A DNA stretch of 64,000 nt from Myxococcota bacterium (GTDB lineage: Bacteria; Myxococcota_A; UBA9160; SZUA-336), in contig CBDFGR010000002.1 in the NCBI GenBank assembly GCA_965247115.1, positions 1,664,001 through 1,728,000 on the forward strand, given 5' to 3'. A model generated the notes under the pieces. The model did not search any database, had not been told where the DNA came from, and saw only the letters and a list, made by a program, of their open reading frames with translations. Shown here one piece after another: positions 19,179 through 28,453 of this stretch. The position numbers and the translations under genes are program-made. The number at the start of each line of letters is the position of its first letter. The first letter of the stretch is position 1.

Positions 19179-20018
19179 ATGCGGGAGAGCATGACACGAG
19201 GCCACTCGCCGCGGGAACGGCGCTGGACGCAGCTTCAGGCCTTCTCTGGGCTCGTGTTCCTGATTTTCGCCGGTCTACACCTGACGAACCAGATGCTCGC
19301 GGCCGTCGGGCCAGACGTTTACAACGGCTTCCAACGAGCGCTGAGGCTGGTCTACCAGCATCCGCTCATCGAGATCTCCGTGGTTGCAGGCGCACTCGCT
19401 GTCCACGTAGTCGCCGGTGTGCGTCGCATGCTGCTTCGGGGCGTGCGCGGGCGCGGGGGAGACGCCCGCATGGGTCTGCACCGGCTTACTGGCTACTTCC
19501 TTCTGCTCGTGATCTTCGGACACATCGCCGCGGTGCGTGGACCGTCGCTAGTCCTGGACATCTATCCTGAGTTCGAGGGCATCGCCTTCTCGCTCTGGTG
19601 GATCCCAGCCTACTTCTACGTCTACTACCCCCTGCTGGCATTCGCGGGGCTCTACCATGGCATGAACGGCGCGTTGCTCGCACTCAGAGTGCTCGGCCTC
19701 CGTTCGGGTCCCGCCGTCGTTCGCGGCTGGCCGTTCTGGGTCCCCGTCGGAGCGGCGACTGGGCTGTTGCTGCTCGGCATCCTCGGCTTTGGCGGCCACC
19801 TCTTCGAGATCCCCGACCCCACGGCCAACGAGTACGCCGACATGTGGCACGAACACTTTGGTGTCGATTTGGGGAGCGAGGTGGCGCCATGTCTTTCAGA
19901 AGGTCTCGCTTCGGATGCGCTCGAGCGGGACACCCCGAGCCTCCAGGTATTCCTGCACCGACGCCATGAAGCCTGTCGGCCCGCACAGGTAGAAGTCCGC
20001 GTCGAGCCCGGGCACTAG
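19179..20018 (+). CDS. Integral membrane protein with His-bearing helices (DUF1691/Mcp1- or cytochrome-b-like)
   Basis: RBS GGGAGG; SGLVFLIFAGLHLTN, AVHVVAG, LHRLTGYFL...GHI, YHGMNG. Confidence 0.65.
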   Translation: MRESMTRGHSPRERRWTQLQAFSGLVFLIFAGLHLTNQMLAAVGPDVYNGFQRALRLVYQHPLIEISVVAGALAVHVVAGVRRMLLRGVRGRGGDARMGLHRLTGYFLLLVIFGHIAAVRGPSLVLDIYPEFEGIAFSLWWIPAYFYVYYPLLAFAGLYHGMNGALLALRVLGLRSGPAVVRGWPFWVPVGAATGLLLLGILGFGGHLFEIPDPTANEYADMWHEHFGVDLGSEVAPCLSEGLASDALERDTPSLQVFLHRRHEACRPAQVEVRVEPGH

Positions 20019-21527
20019 CTTCTCCACCAACGCGCCGTCGACCCGGCCGGTACTGTCATAGTGCCGACCGAGCTCGTCCTCGGGTCGCGGCCGGCTGTAG
20101 GCCACATGGAGCCGCACGTTTGGCGCTCGCGTGGCCAGGCCGCGGACCTCGTCGGCGAGGGCGTGATTGCGCGTGTCGCGAGCGCCGTGCACGAACCAGA
20201 CGCGTCGGCTATCGCCGCCGCCGACCAGCTCGTGGAGCATGCTCACCAGCGGCGTGAGACCGACGCCCGCGCTCACGAACACGACCTGGCGCGGGCTCGA
20301 CGGATCGAGCAGGAAGTCGCCCGCCGGCGCGCGGGCGCTCAGGATGGCTCCCACCTCGACGTGGTCGTGCAAGCAGCGCGAAGCGACACCCTGGGAATGG
20401 CGCTTTACAGAAATCCGGTAGCGTCCCTGTCCCGGGCCGTTGGAGAGCGAGTACGTGCGCGAGACGCCGCAGCCTTGGTCCGTGGCTTCGAGCTCGATCG
20501 GGAGATGCTGGCCAGCGTTGAAGTCCGCAAGGGGGCCTCCGTCCCGCGACTCGAAGATGAAGGAGGTGACCTCGTCGCTCTCCGGGACTTTCTCGACTAC
20601 GCGCAGCGAGCGGATGGAGCCGGCGGCCTTCTCCCAGCGCAGCGGAAGCGCCTGCTCGAGCTCCACGGCCAGATCGAGCTCGAAGTGAACCAGGCGCCGC
20701 GCGCCAGGGAAGCGCTCGAGCTCCGCTGAGTCCCAGTCGATCCGGACCCGACCGGTGAGCTGAAGCAGACCGCCGTGTTCGAAGTCGACGAACAGGATGC
20801 CCGCGCGGGGATCCATCACGAGATTCCCGATGGTGTTGTAGTGGCTGTTCCCCGCATAGTCGGGAAAGACCAGGTGCCGCTCGCCCTCGACCCGCACGAA
20901 GCCCGACTCGCCCCCCCGATGCGAGGCGTCCATGCCATAGGTGGGGCTCTCGCTCTCCCCCCGATGCCCGGTCGCGATGAAGAACGTGTCGGCGCCCTCG
21001 ATCCAGCGGGGCAGCCCCGCGGAGAACCGGTCGTGGGTGCGCCGCACGGAAGTGGTGCCGGTCGCCTCGCGCCGCCACTGGCGCTCATGGATGTACTGGG
21101 GGCAGTTCCCGAACGTCTGGTCGACAGCGACTGTGAAGCCTCCACCGCCGGTCGCCGAGACCCGCCCGTTGATGCGGTTGCGACGCCGGGTAGCAAGCTC
21201 GATTCCGAGGAGGCCCACGTCGGCGCCGGTGCCAAGCGCATCCCCGAGGGCATCGCCGGCCACGGGCCTGGCGTCGATGGCGAGGGTTCTCGCATCCGGC
21301 GAGCGCACGAAGCCGGGTGCTCCCACCAGGAGCGTGGCCCATGGGCGGCCGAGCCCGTCACGCGCCGCCGCCACGAGGAAGGGGAGCCGAGCGTAGAACC
21401 GGCGGTGCTCGTCGGGCAGATGCCCGCGCACCACCTTGCGGGCCCAGGGCTCGATCTCGTCGCGGACGCCGAGCCGCTCCTGCACCTGCCGCTCGCCTGC
21501 GTGGAAGGGGGAGGATTCCGTGACCAT
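19896..21527 (-). CDS. Pyridoxamine-5'-phosphate-oxidase-like domain fused to an FAD/NAD(P) reductase
   Basis: SPFHAGERQVQ, FGNCPQYI, DASHRGG, RTYSLS, AGVGLTP, FYLCGP. Confidence 0.9.
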   Translation of the reverse strand: MVTESSPFHAGERQVQERLGVRDEIEPWARKVVRGHLPDEHRRFYARLPFLVAAARDGLGRPWATLLVGAPGFVRSPDARTLAIDARPVAGDALGDALGTGADVGLLGIELATRRRNRINGRVSATGGGGFTVAVDQTFGNCPQYIHERQWRREATGTTSVRRTHDRFSAGLPRWIEGADTFFIATGHRGESESPTYGMDASHRGGESGFVRVEGERHLVFPDYAGNSHYNTIGNLVMDPRAGILFVDFEHGGLLQLTGRVRIDWDSAELERFPGARRLVHFELDLAVELEQALPLRWEKAAGSIRSLRVVEKVPESDEVTSFIFESRDGGPLADFNAGQHLPIELEATDQGCGVSRTYSLSNGPGQGRYRISVKRHSQGVASRCLHDHVEVGAILSARAPAGDFLLDPSSPRQVVFVSAGVGLTPLVSMLHELVGGGDSRRVWFVHGARDTRNHALADEVRGLATRAPNVRLHVAYSRPRPEDELGRHYDSTGRVDGALVEKLVPGLDADFYLCGPTGFMASVQEYLEARGVPLERIRSETF

Positions 21528-21655
21528 GGCCTCACCATACAGCCGTTGCTGCAATCAGACCTACTAGCTATCGAGCGGACCGGAACAGCGAGCCCGGTCT
21601 CCCGCCGTTGACGCTATCATTCGAGACGCCCGTGACTGCATTGGGAGACTCGGTC

Positions 21656-22213
21656 ATGAACCAAGGCGAGCTCGAGCGACACCTTTCGGAGCTCTTCCAG
21701 GAAGCCGGCAAGGCTCACCACGAGGCATTCGCTACAACGGACGGGGCCGACCCGGAGTGGCCGATCTGGTACGCGGACTACCTGGTGGAGCCGCTGCGCT
21801 CCCGACTCATGGCTCACCTCACACGGAGTCGCATCGTGTACTGCCTCATCGCCGCTGAGGAGGAGCGGCTGGGTCGCGCGCCCGACTCCCCTTGGGAGGA
21901 GTATTACGCGCGACACTTCGTCGAGTGCTACGCGCGCTCCGATACGCCCGCTGCGGACAAACTGGCGCTCTATCAGTTTGCGAGCTGCCCGTTCTGCAGG
22001 CAGGTTCGCAGCGCAATCGATCAGCTCGGCATTGACGTCGAGCTGCGCGACATCCTCCTCGATGAGCGCTATCGGGACGAGCTTCTCGCGGAGCGTGGTC
22101 GCGCGACGGTTCCCGTCCTTCGCATCACCAGCCCCGACCGAAGCGAGCGATGGATGCCCGAGTCCGCCGACATCATTGCGTATCTCGAGGAGCTCTACGG
22201 AAAGCTTGGGTGA
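21656..22213 (+). CDS. Glutaredoxin-domain protein with an extra N-terminal domain
   Basis: LYQFASCPFC, RATVPVLRI, WMPESADII. Confidence 0.8.
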   Translation: MNQGELERHLSELFQEAGKAHHEAFATTDGADPEWPIWYADYLVEPLRSRLMAHLTRSRIVYCLIAAEEERLGRAPDSPWEEYYARHFVECYARSDTPAADKLALYQFASCPFCRQVRSAIDQLGIDVELRDILLDERYRDELLAERGRATVPVLRITSPDRSERWMPESADIIAYLEELYGKLG

Positions 22214-22286
22214 TCTGCAGGCGCCCTGCGGCCCTGGCGGACTGGTTTCCTGGCTACGAGGGTGCGCCAAATAGCAATCGGGCCCT

Positions 22287-22991
22287 TTACCACTTCTCGC
22301 CGAACGGTCGGAGCTCTACATCAAATGACCACGTGGAGCGCGGCTGGTGCGTCACGTGAAAGACCTCCTCGGCTATGTCCGCCGGCCTGGCGAAAAACTC
22401 TTGGGGCTTGTCGGCGTGGAACCTGTCGCGTGTCCAGGGCACGTCGATCACAGCGTCGATGTTGAAGTACGCGACGTGGACACCCTTCGGGCCAAGATCG
22501 CGTGCGAGCGCTTGGGCGAGGTTCCGCTGGGCCGCTTTGGTGGGTGAAAACAGCGCGTAGTTCGGAATCCCTCGAAACGCAGCGGTGTTTCCTGTTACAG
22601 CGATTGCGCCGGAACCACGCTCAGTCATGTCCCGCGCGAAGGATCGGGCCAGGTACAACAGGGAGGTGGTATTGACCCGAAAATTGCGCTCCAGTTCTTC
22701 CGGGTCCCCCTCGAGAAACGTGTCGAAGGTGGCACGAACCGCGTTGTGCACGAGGACGTCCGGCACGCCCATCTCTTCCTTCACACACTGGCAGACCTCG
22801 ACAAGTCGGTCGAGATCCGCCAGGTCAAAGGCGAAGGCCTTGGATCCGTTCAGCTCCTTCTCGAGTGCCACCAGGCGCTCCTCGTTTCGCGCCAGCATTG
22901 CTACCTGGTAGCCTCCACGCGCGAACCGCCTCGCAATCGCTGCGCCCGTGCCCTCGCCTACGCCCGTAACCAGACATACCTTGTTCTTCAT
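22287..22991 (-). CDS. Short-chain dehydrogenase/reductase
   Basis: VTGVGEGTG, HNA, LGPKGVHVA. Confidence 0.9.
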   Translation of the reverse strand: MKNKVCLVTGVGEGTGAAIARRFARGGYQVAMLARNEERLVALEKELNGSKAFAFDLADLDRLVEVCQCVKEEMGVPDVLVHNAVRATFDTFLEGDPEELERNFRVNTTSLLYLARSFARDMTERGSGAIAVTGNTAAFRGIPNYALFSPTKAAQRNLAQALARDLGPKGVHVAYFNIDAVIDVPWTRDRFHADKPQEFFARPADIAEEVFHVTHQPRSTWSFDVELRPFGEKW

Positions 22992-23004
22992 GTTGGGTCG
23001 CTCC

Positions 23005-23296
23005 TCAGCGGTGCAGGTGGAAGACCTTGTTCATGATCTTCCACTGCCCGTCGATCTTCAGCAGCGTGAACAAGTCGGTGAACCGGTGACCGGTCCAGAT
23101 CTTCGAGGTTCGCAACGTCGCCGCGGATGCCCGTAGCCCTCTCGCCGAGTTCGGCGACGGCGGCATCCAATGCCTCCTGATTGCGGCCGGTGATGACGAC
23201 CTGGGCACCGTCTGCGATGAACCGCCGGGCTGTGGCCAAGCCGATTCCACTGCTTCCTCCGGTGACGACCGCAACTTTGTTGCTCAACTTGCTCAT
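23005..23296 (-). pseudogene. Chimeric remnant: SDR N-terminus joined out of frame to an NTF2/lumazine-binding-like C-terminus
   Basis: MSKLSNKVAVVTGGSSGIG...GDVANLEDLDR, then in another frame WTGHRFTDLFTLLKIDGQWKIMNKVFHLHR*. Confidence 0.8.
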
Positions 23297-23428
23297 TTCC
23301 GTTTCTCCTTCTCTCCGGACCAATCGCGGGTTCAGGCGCTTGATCTTGTGGTGTTGACAGTCTCGAAAGATTCGATGAGGGCGCCGAAGCGCTCCTTCGT
23401 GAAGTGCAGGTATTCGGTGGCCACGAGT

Positions 23429-23848
23429 CTATTCTCCGGGCGCAGTCGCCAGCGTTGGCACTGTCTCGGCGCGGTCGCCCCGTACAAAGCGGACCACGTT
23501 GAAGGCATCGAGCACGAGCGAGGTTGCGTCGAGCGCGATGACGGCCCGGAGCCACAGCCCGAAGGCGTCGGTCGCCGGGACACCGGGGAGCTGAATCCAC
23601 AGGTAGCTCAGGAGGGGTACCCAGGCGATGTGTCCCAGGCCGACGATTCGACTGAAGCCGAAGCGGGCGGTGAGCGCTGTCATGAGGCCCATGCTCACCA
23701 GACCGGAGGCCAGAACGGCCTGGGCTTCCACTTGCCCGAGGAAAAAGAACGGGGTGACAAGGTTGACGCTGATCAGTAGCAGCACCCAGGCCCGCAAGTG
23801 AAGGGGCATTGCCAGCAGTCCCTGGTTGAATCTCCTAAATGCACGCAT
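23429..23848 (-). CDS. Hypothetical membrane protein
   Basis: About four hydrophobic helices; co-oriented with the GST gene. Confidence 0.7.
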   Translation of the reverse strand: MRAFRRFNQGLLAMPLHLRAWVLLLISVNLVTPFFFLGQVEAQAVLASGLVSMGLMTALTARFGFSRIVGLGHIAWVPLLSYLWIQLPGVPATDAFGLWLRAVIALDATSLVLDAFNVVRFVRGDRAETVPTLATAPGE

Positions 23849-23858
23849 GTGAGTTCTC

Positions 23859-24533
23859 CTAGGCCAACATTCGGCGCGCGTAGTTCACGGCCTGCTGGAC
23901 CTGTGGTTCGCTCCTGCGATCGCGCGGCTCGGGCACCATCAGCCCACGCTGAACTGCTGGTCGTACTTCGATGCGCTCCAACCAGCGGCGAACGTGGTCG
24001 AGGCCATCCAAGCTCACGCCCGACCAGTCGTGGGCGCGCACCCAGGTGAACGAGGCGATGTCAGCGATGGAGTAGTCGCCAACCAGGTAGTCGCGCCCCG
24101 CGAGACGACGCTCGAGAACCTCGTAGAGGCGCCGCGTCTCCTTCTGGTAGCGCTCGATGGCATAGGGAATGGGTTCAGGCGCGTAGCGGTGGAACGCATT
24201 CGCCTGTCCCTGCATGGGACCGATGCCACCCATCTGGAACATCAGCCACTGGATGACCTGCAAGCGGGCCCTTGGGTCAGCGGGTACGAGTCGACCGGTT
24301 GCCTCAGCGAGGTAGAGGAGGATGGCTCCCGACTCGAAGACCACGAGGTCATCGTTTTCGCGATCCACGATCACCGGGATGCGACCGTTCGGATTCAGCT
24401 CGAGGAACCACTCCTCCTTCTGCTCCAGCGTGCCCAGGTTGATCGGATGGATCGAATAGGGCAGCTCCAGCTCTTCGAGAGCGATGGATGCCTTTTGGCC
24501 ATTAGGGGTGGCGGCTGTGTACAGGTCGATCAT
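23859..24533 (-). CDS. Glutathione S-transferase, YfcG/Ure2-like
   Basis: [34 protein letters not shown]. Confidence 0.93.
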   Translation of the reverse strand: MIDLYTAATPNGQKASIALEELELPYSIHPINLGTLEQKEEWFLELNPNGRIPVIVDRENDDLVVFESGAILLYLAEATGRLVPADPRARLQVIQWLMFQMGGIGPMQGQANAFHRYAPEPIPYAIERYQKETRRLYEVLERRLAGRDYLVGDYSIADIASFTWVRAHDWSGVSLDGLDHVRRWLERIEVRPAVQRGLMVPEPRDRRSEPQVQQAVNYARRMLA

Positions 24534-24674
24534 TTTCTTCTCCTTGAGATATTCTAAGTGCCCCGACTCAGTGTGATGCCGGGAATTGAAGCTGGATTCG
24601 ATAGATACGAGCTGATTGGGGTCCGAGCAAACGATTTGTTCTCAACCATGGATTGAGATATTCTCAATTCCGAT

Positions 24675-25580
24675 ATGGATCGAGATCTACCGTCGCTCAA
24701 CGCACTCCGGGCGTTCGAGGCTGCGGGCCGGCACCTGAGCCTCACGAAGGCCGCCGGGGAGCTGCACGTCACCCCGGCGGCAATCAGCCACCAGGTGAAA
24801 GGGCTCGAGGACTACCTGGGCGTGAAGCTCTTTCGGCGAGCGGGCAACTCGCTGCTGCTCAGCGACGCCGGTCAGGCGTGTCTGCCCAGGCTCAGCGAGG
24901 GCTTCGACCGACTCGCGGAAGCGATCGAACGACTGAAGGAACACGACGCGCGGGGTCCCGTGCACGTGAGCGTGGCGCCGGCCTTCGCGTCCAAGTGGTT
25001 AGTTCCGCGCCTAGAGCGGTTCGACGCTGCTCACCCGGATGTCGACGTGCGGATCTCGGCCAGCCTCGAGGTTGTTGACCTCGACCGCGAAGGATTCGAC
25101 GCGGCGATCCGCCTGGGTCGCGGGTCCTACCCCGGTCATGACGTGCACGAGCTCTTCCCGGAGTCCGTTGTCCCGATGTGTCGACCGGATCTGATCGAAG
25201 CTCCGCATCCGCTCCGAACACCGGCGGATCTGCGGCACCACGTGCTCCTTCACGATGACTCGCTGCGCTTCGACCGAGCCGCTCCGGACTGGCCCATGTG
25301 GCTGAAGGCCGCCGGAGCGAAGGACGTCGACACGTCGCGCGGCCCTCACTTCAGCCACCCCGACCATGCCATGCAGGCCGCAATGAACGGCGCTGGCATT
25401 GTGCTCGGCTGGCGCACCCTCGCGGCGGCCGACCTGGCTGCCGGCCGCCTTGGCATTCCCTTCGACCTCACGCTCCCGATGGAGCTCACGTTCTTCTTCG
25501 TGTGCCCGCACGTTGCGGCGGAGCGGCCCAAGATCGTCGCGTTCCGCGACTGGCTCCTCGAAGAGAGCCATCGCGTGTGA
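24675..25580 (+). CDS. LysR-family regulator, GcvA-like
   Basis: LPSLNALRAFEAAGRHLSLTKAA...AISHQVK; divergent from the GST gene. Confidence 0.93.
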   Translation: MDRDLPSLNALRAFEAAGRHLSLTKAAGELHVTPAAISHQVKGLEDYLGVKLFRRAGNSLLLSDAGQACLPRLSEGFDRLAEAIERLKEHDARGPVHVSVAPAFASKWLVPRLERFDAAHPDVDVRISASLEVVDLDREGFDAAIRLGRGSYPGHDVHELFPESVVPMCRPDLIEAPHPLRTPADLRHHVLLHDDSLRFDRAAPDWPMWLKAAGAKDVDTSRGPHFSHPDHAMQAAMNGAGIVLGWRTLAAADLAAGRLGIPFDLTLPMELTFFFVCPHVAAERPKIVAFRDWLLEESHRV

Positions 25581-25614
25581 TCGTTCCCGTTCTTGGAGCC
25601 GGTCCCGCCGAGCC

Positions 25615-26865
25615 CTAGATCACACCGTCGGCACGGAGCCGGGCCAGTTGCTGCGAGTCGCGTCCGAGCAGCTCGCCGTAGATGCGCTCGTTGTCGGCCC
25701 CGAGGGCCGCCGAACCGCGCCAGATCTTCTGTGGCGTTTTCGAAAACTTCGGCACCGCTCCCACGCCTTTCAGTCGGCCGACCTGCTCGTCCTCCCACTC
25801 GATGTGAAGACCGCGCGCCTTGTAGTGCGGATCGTCAGCCGCGTCGCGCGCGTTCAGCACAGGGGAGCAGGCGACACCGGCCTCATTCATCAGCTCCACG
25901 ACCTCGCTCACCGCTCGCTCCTCAACCCAGGCGCGCAGGAGCGTGTCGAACTCGATCCCGTGTACTTCTTCAAGCTCGATCTGTGCAGCTGCCCACTTCT
26001 CATCGGTGGGGTCGAGGCCGATCAGCCTGCAGACCTTGTCGAAGAGCGTACCGACCGCGCCGATCACGACCCAGCCATCCGCGGCCCGGAACACGTCGTA
26101 GGGCTGGAACGCCACCGCCTTGTTGCCGCTGCGCTCGCGCACGCTATCGAGCTGGAAGTACTCCACCATCGTGCCCCCCAGGATCGCGTGAATCGCCTCG
26201 AACTGCGAGAGGTCGATCGACTGACCCTCACCGGTCTCGCGGGCGTGGACCAGCGCCGCGAGCGACGAGCTCAGACAGAAGAGCGCCGTGATGTAGTCGG
26301 CGGTCCACGGCGTGGAACGCACCGGGGGTTCGGGATCGGAGAACCCGGTCTGGTACATCATGCCCCCGAAGGCCTGCCCGATCATGTCGTAGCTCGCCCG
26401 CCCAAGGTAGGCCGGGTCCCCGGTCTGACCGTACCCAGAGACGTGACAGATGACGAGCTCCGGGTTCCGCTCGAGAAGGACCTTGTCGGTCAGATCCCAT
26501 TTGGCGTAGGCGCCCGGCCGAGAGCTCTCCATCCAGATCTCTGCCCGCTCGGCGAGCTCGAGAAAGATCTCGCGACCCGCGGGAACACTCATGTCGAGCG
26601 TCACGTGAAACGCGTTGCGGCGCTCCGCCAGCCAGCTCGTGCTGACCGCCGGCCCCTCGCCATCCACGGTGGGGATGCGGAGCCCCACCTCGCGCCAGAC
26701 GGCGTCGCCGACGCCCGGGCGCTCGACCTGGATCACCTCCGCTCCCATCTGAGCGGCCAGGGAGGCTGCGAACGGTTGGGCGATAATCGATCCCGTCGAT
26801 AGGATGCGGACGCCCCGCAGGGCGCCGAACACGTCAGGAACGAGTGTGTCGCGCGGCATCTCCAA
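25615..26865 (-). CDS. Family III CoA-transferase (CaiB/BaiF)
   Basis: GAEVIQVERP, SGYGQTG, YDMIGQA, ADY. Confidence 0.9.
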   Translation of the reverse strand: MEMPRDTLVPDVFGALRGVRILSTGSIIAQPFAASLAAQMGAEVIQVERPGVGDAVWREVGLRIPTVDGEGPAVSTSWLAERRNAFHVTLDMSVPAGREIFLELAERAEIWMESSRPGAYAKWDLTDKVLLERNPELVICHVSGYGQTGDPAYLGRASYDMIGQAFGGMMYQTGFSDPEPPVRSTPWTADYITALFCLSSSLAALVHARETGEGQSIDLSQFEAIHAILGGTMVEYFQLDSVRERSGNKAVAFQPYDVFRAADGWVVIGAVGTLFDKVCRLIGLDPTDEKWAAAQIELEEVHGIEFDTLLRAWVEERAVSEVVELMNEAGVACSPVLNARDAADDPHYKARGLHIEWEDEQVGRLKGVGAVPKFSKTPQKIWRGSAALGADNERIYGELLGRDSQQLARLRADGVI

Positions 26866-26977
26866 GTCTCCTTCTCGTGGCGTCTCGCAAGTCTAATACG
26901 GCTGCAGCTCTACCCCTATCGTGAGATGCTGGTAGGGATAGGGAGATCGGGTCAGGAGACTGCAAGGAGAAGAGGCT

Positions 26978-28444
26978 ATGGCGCCGAGACAGGAATATCT
27001 GGTGAGCTGTGGCACGACCAAAATCGCCGCCCGTCTGCCGACCGAGCGGACGCGGATCCCGCCGGGTCCCCCACCCTCCGTGGCGCCGTTGCCCGATGCC
27101 GATGCCGCCTTCCGTGCGGCAGTGGCGCAGCCAGTCGGGATGCCAGCCCTGGAGAAGCTCGTGAGGGCGGGAGCCAAGGTCACCATCGCGATCCAGGATG
27201 GGCGGGCTACCCACTATCATCCGCAAGATCAGGACCTTCGCATCCTCGGGATTCCGATCCTGCTCGAGCTATTGGACAAGTACGGTGTCAGACCCGAGGA
27301 CATTCAGATCAAGGTGGCAAACGCCCTCCATCGGATGTGGACCCGGAAGGAGATGACTCACATCCTCGGACCGAGACTGCCCTATACGCTGGGCGGCCGG
27401 TTGTCGTGCATCGATGCCACGGACCCGAACCAGTTCGTCGATCTCGGGATGACCCGGCGGGGCATGGAGGTACGAGTCCACCGGTCGGTCGTCGAGTCCG
27501 ACCTGTTCATCTTCATGTCTACCCCCGGTGGCTTCTTCCAGGGCGGTTGGAAGTCGATCCTCGTGGGCATGGGCAACTGGGAGTCCATCCGCTACCACCA
27601 CCGTCCCTGGCCGTTCGCGTCGGGCCACTCGGTCCATGATCCCAAGAACAGCTCGTTCCACAAGCTGCTCAACGAGATGGGCACCGTGGTCGACGCCGAG
27701 CTCGCGGAGCGTGGCCACCCCCCCATCATGAAGATCGAGGGGGTGCTCACGACCAGCACTCCTCAGAAGTTCGCCGCCCTCGACGCTGGACTGATCACTC
27801 CCGTCCGCGAGATGCACCTCGACATGCTGGCGAGCCAGCTCGTCACGGACGTCGAAGGACAGACCGACGTCCTGTTGGCCGGAATGACAGACGGCGACGG
27901 GTACTCACGGCTGTCGGTCTTTAATCCCATTCACTGCCGGAACAAGGCACTCTCTGCCCTGTTCAACGCCTACCACGAGAACCCCCTGGTCCGGAAGGGC
28001 GGAATTCTGGTCGTCGCCAATCCCTTCGAGCCGAAGTTCAGCTTGCTCAACCATCCCTCGTATCACACGCTCTACCATGAGGTCCTGCCCGAGACTCGAG
28101 ATCCGCTGGAGGTGTGGGACACCTACTCAGAGGAGTACGCCCACCGCCCGGAGTTCGTGCACAAGTACCGCAACGGCTTCGCGTTCCACGGCGCTCACCC
28201 GTGCATTCTGTATGGACAGGGGCTGTATACGCTGAATCACCTGGGCGGAGTCTTCGCCGCTGGTGTTCCGAAGGAGAACGAAGAGGTCGCCCGGCGCATG
28301 GGCTTCGAGCCGTTTCCCACAATCGATGCGGCTCTGCGCGAGGCAGAGGACCGTCTCGGCAAGGACTGCACCGTGACGTATCACCGACACCTCGAGCAAG
28401 CCAGCTACTTCACCCGGGTCCATGTGAACGGGAGTGCTGCGTAG
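26978..28444 (+). CDS. Lactate racemase (LarA)-domain protein
   Basis: VTIAIQDGR, ANALHRMWT, GGWKS, AFHGAHP. Confidence 0.78.
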   Translation: MAPRQEYLVSCGTTKIAARLPTERTRIPPGPPPSVAPLPDADAAFRAAVAQPVGMPALEKLVRAGAKVTIAIQDGRATHYHPQDQDLRILGIPILLELLDKYGVRPEDIQIKVANALHRMWTRKEMTHILGPRLPYTLGGRLSCIDATDPNQFVDLGMTRRGMEVRVHRSVVESDLFIFMSTPGGFFQGGWKSILVGMGNWESIRYHHRPWPFASGHSVHDPKNSSFHKLLNEMGTVVDAELAERGHPPIMKIEGVLTTSTPQKFAALDAGLITPVREMHLDMLASQLVTDVEGQTDVLLAGMTDGDGYSRLSVFNPIHCRNKALSALFNAYHENPLVRKGGILVVANPFEPKFSLLNHPSYHTLYHEVLPETRDPLEVWDTYSEEYAHRPEFVHKYRNGFAFHGAHPCILYGQGLYTLNHLGGVFAAGVPKENEEVARRMGFEPFPTIDAALREAEDRLGKDCTVTYHRHLEQASYFTRVHVNGSAA

Positions 28445-28453
28445 CGGTGCACC

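Noticed and set aside
26866..26977. Possible riboswitch in the divergent intergenic region
   Set aside because: Some pairing potential, but no recognisable aptamer consensus.
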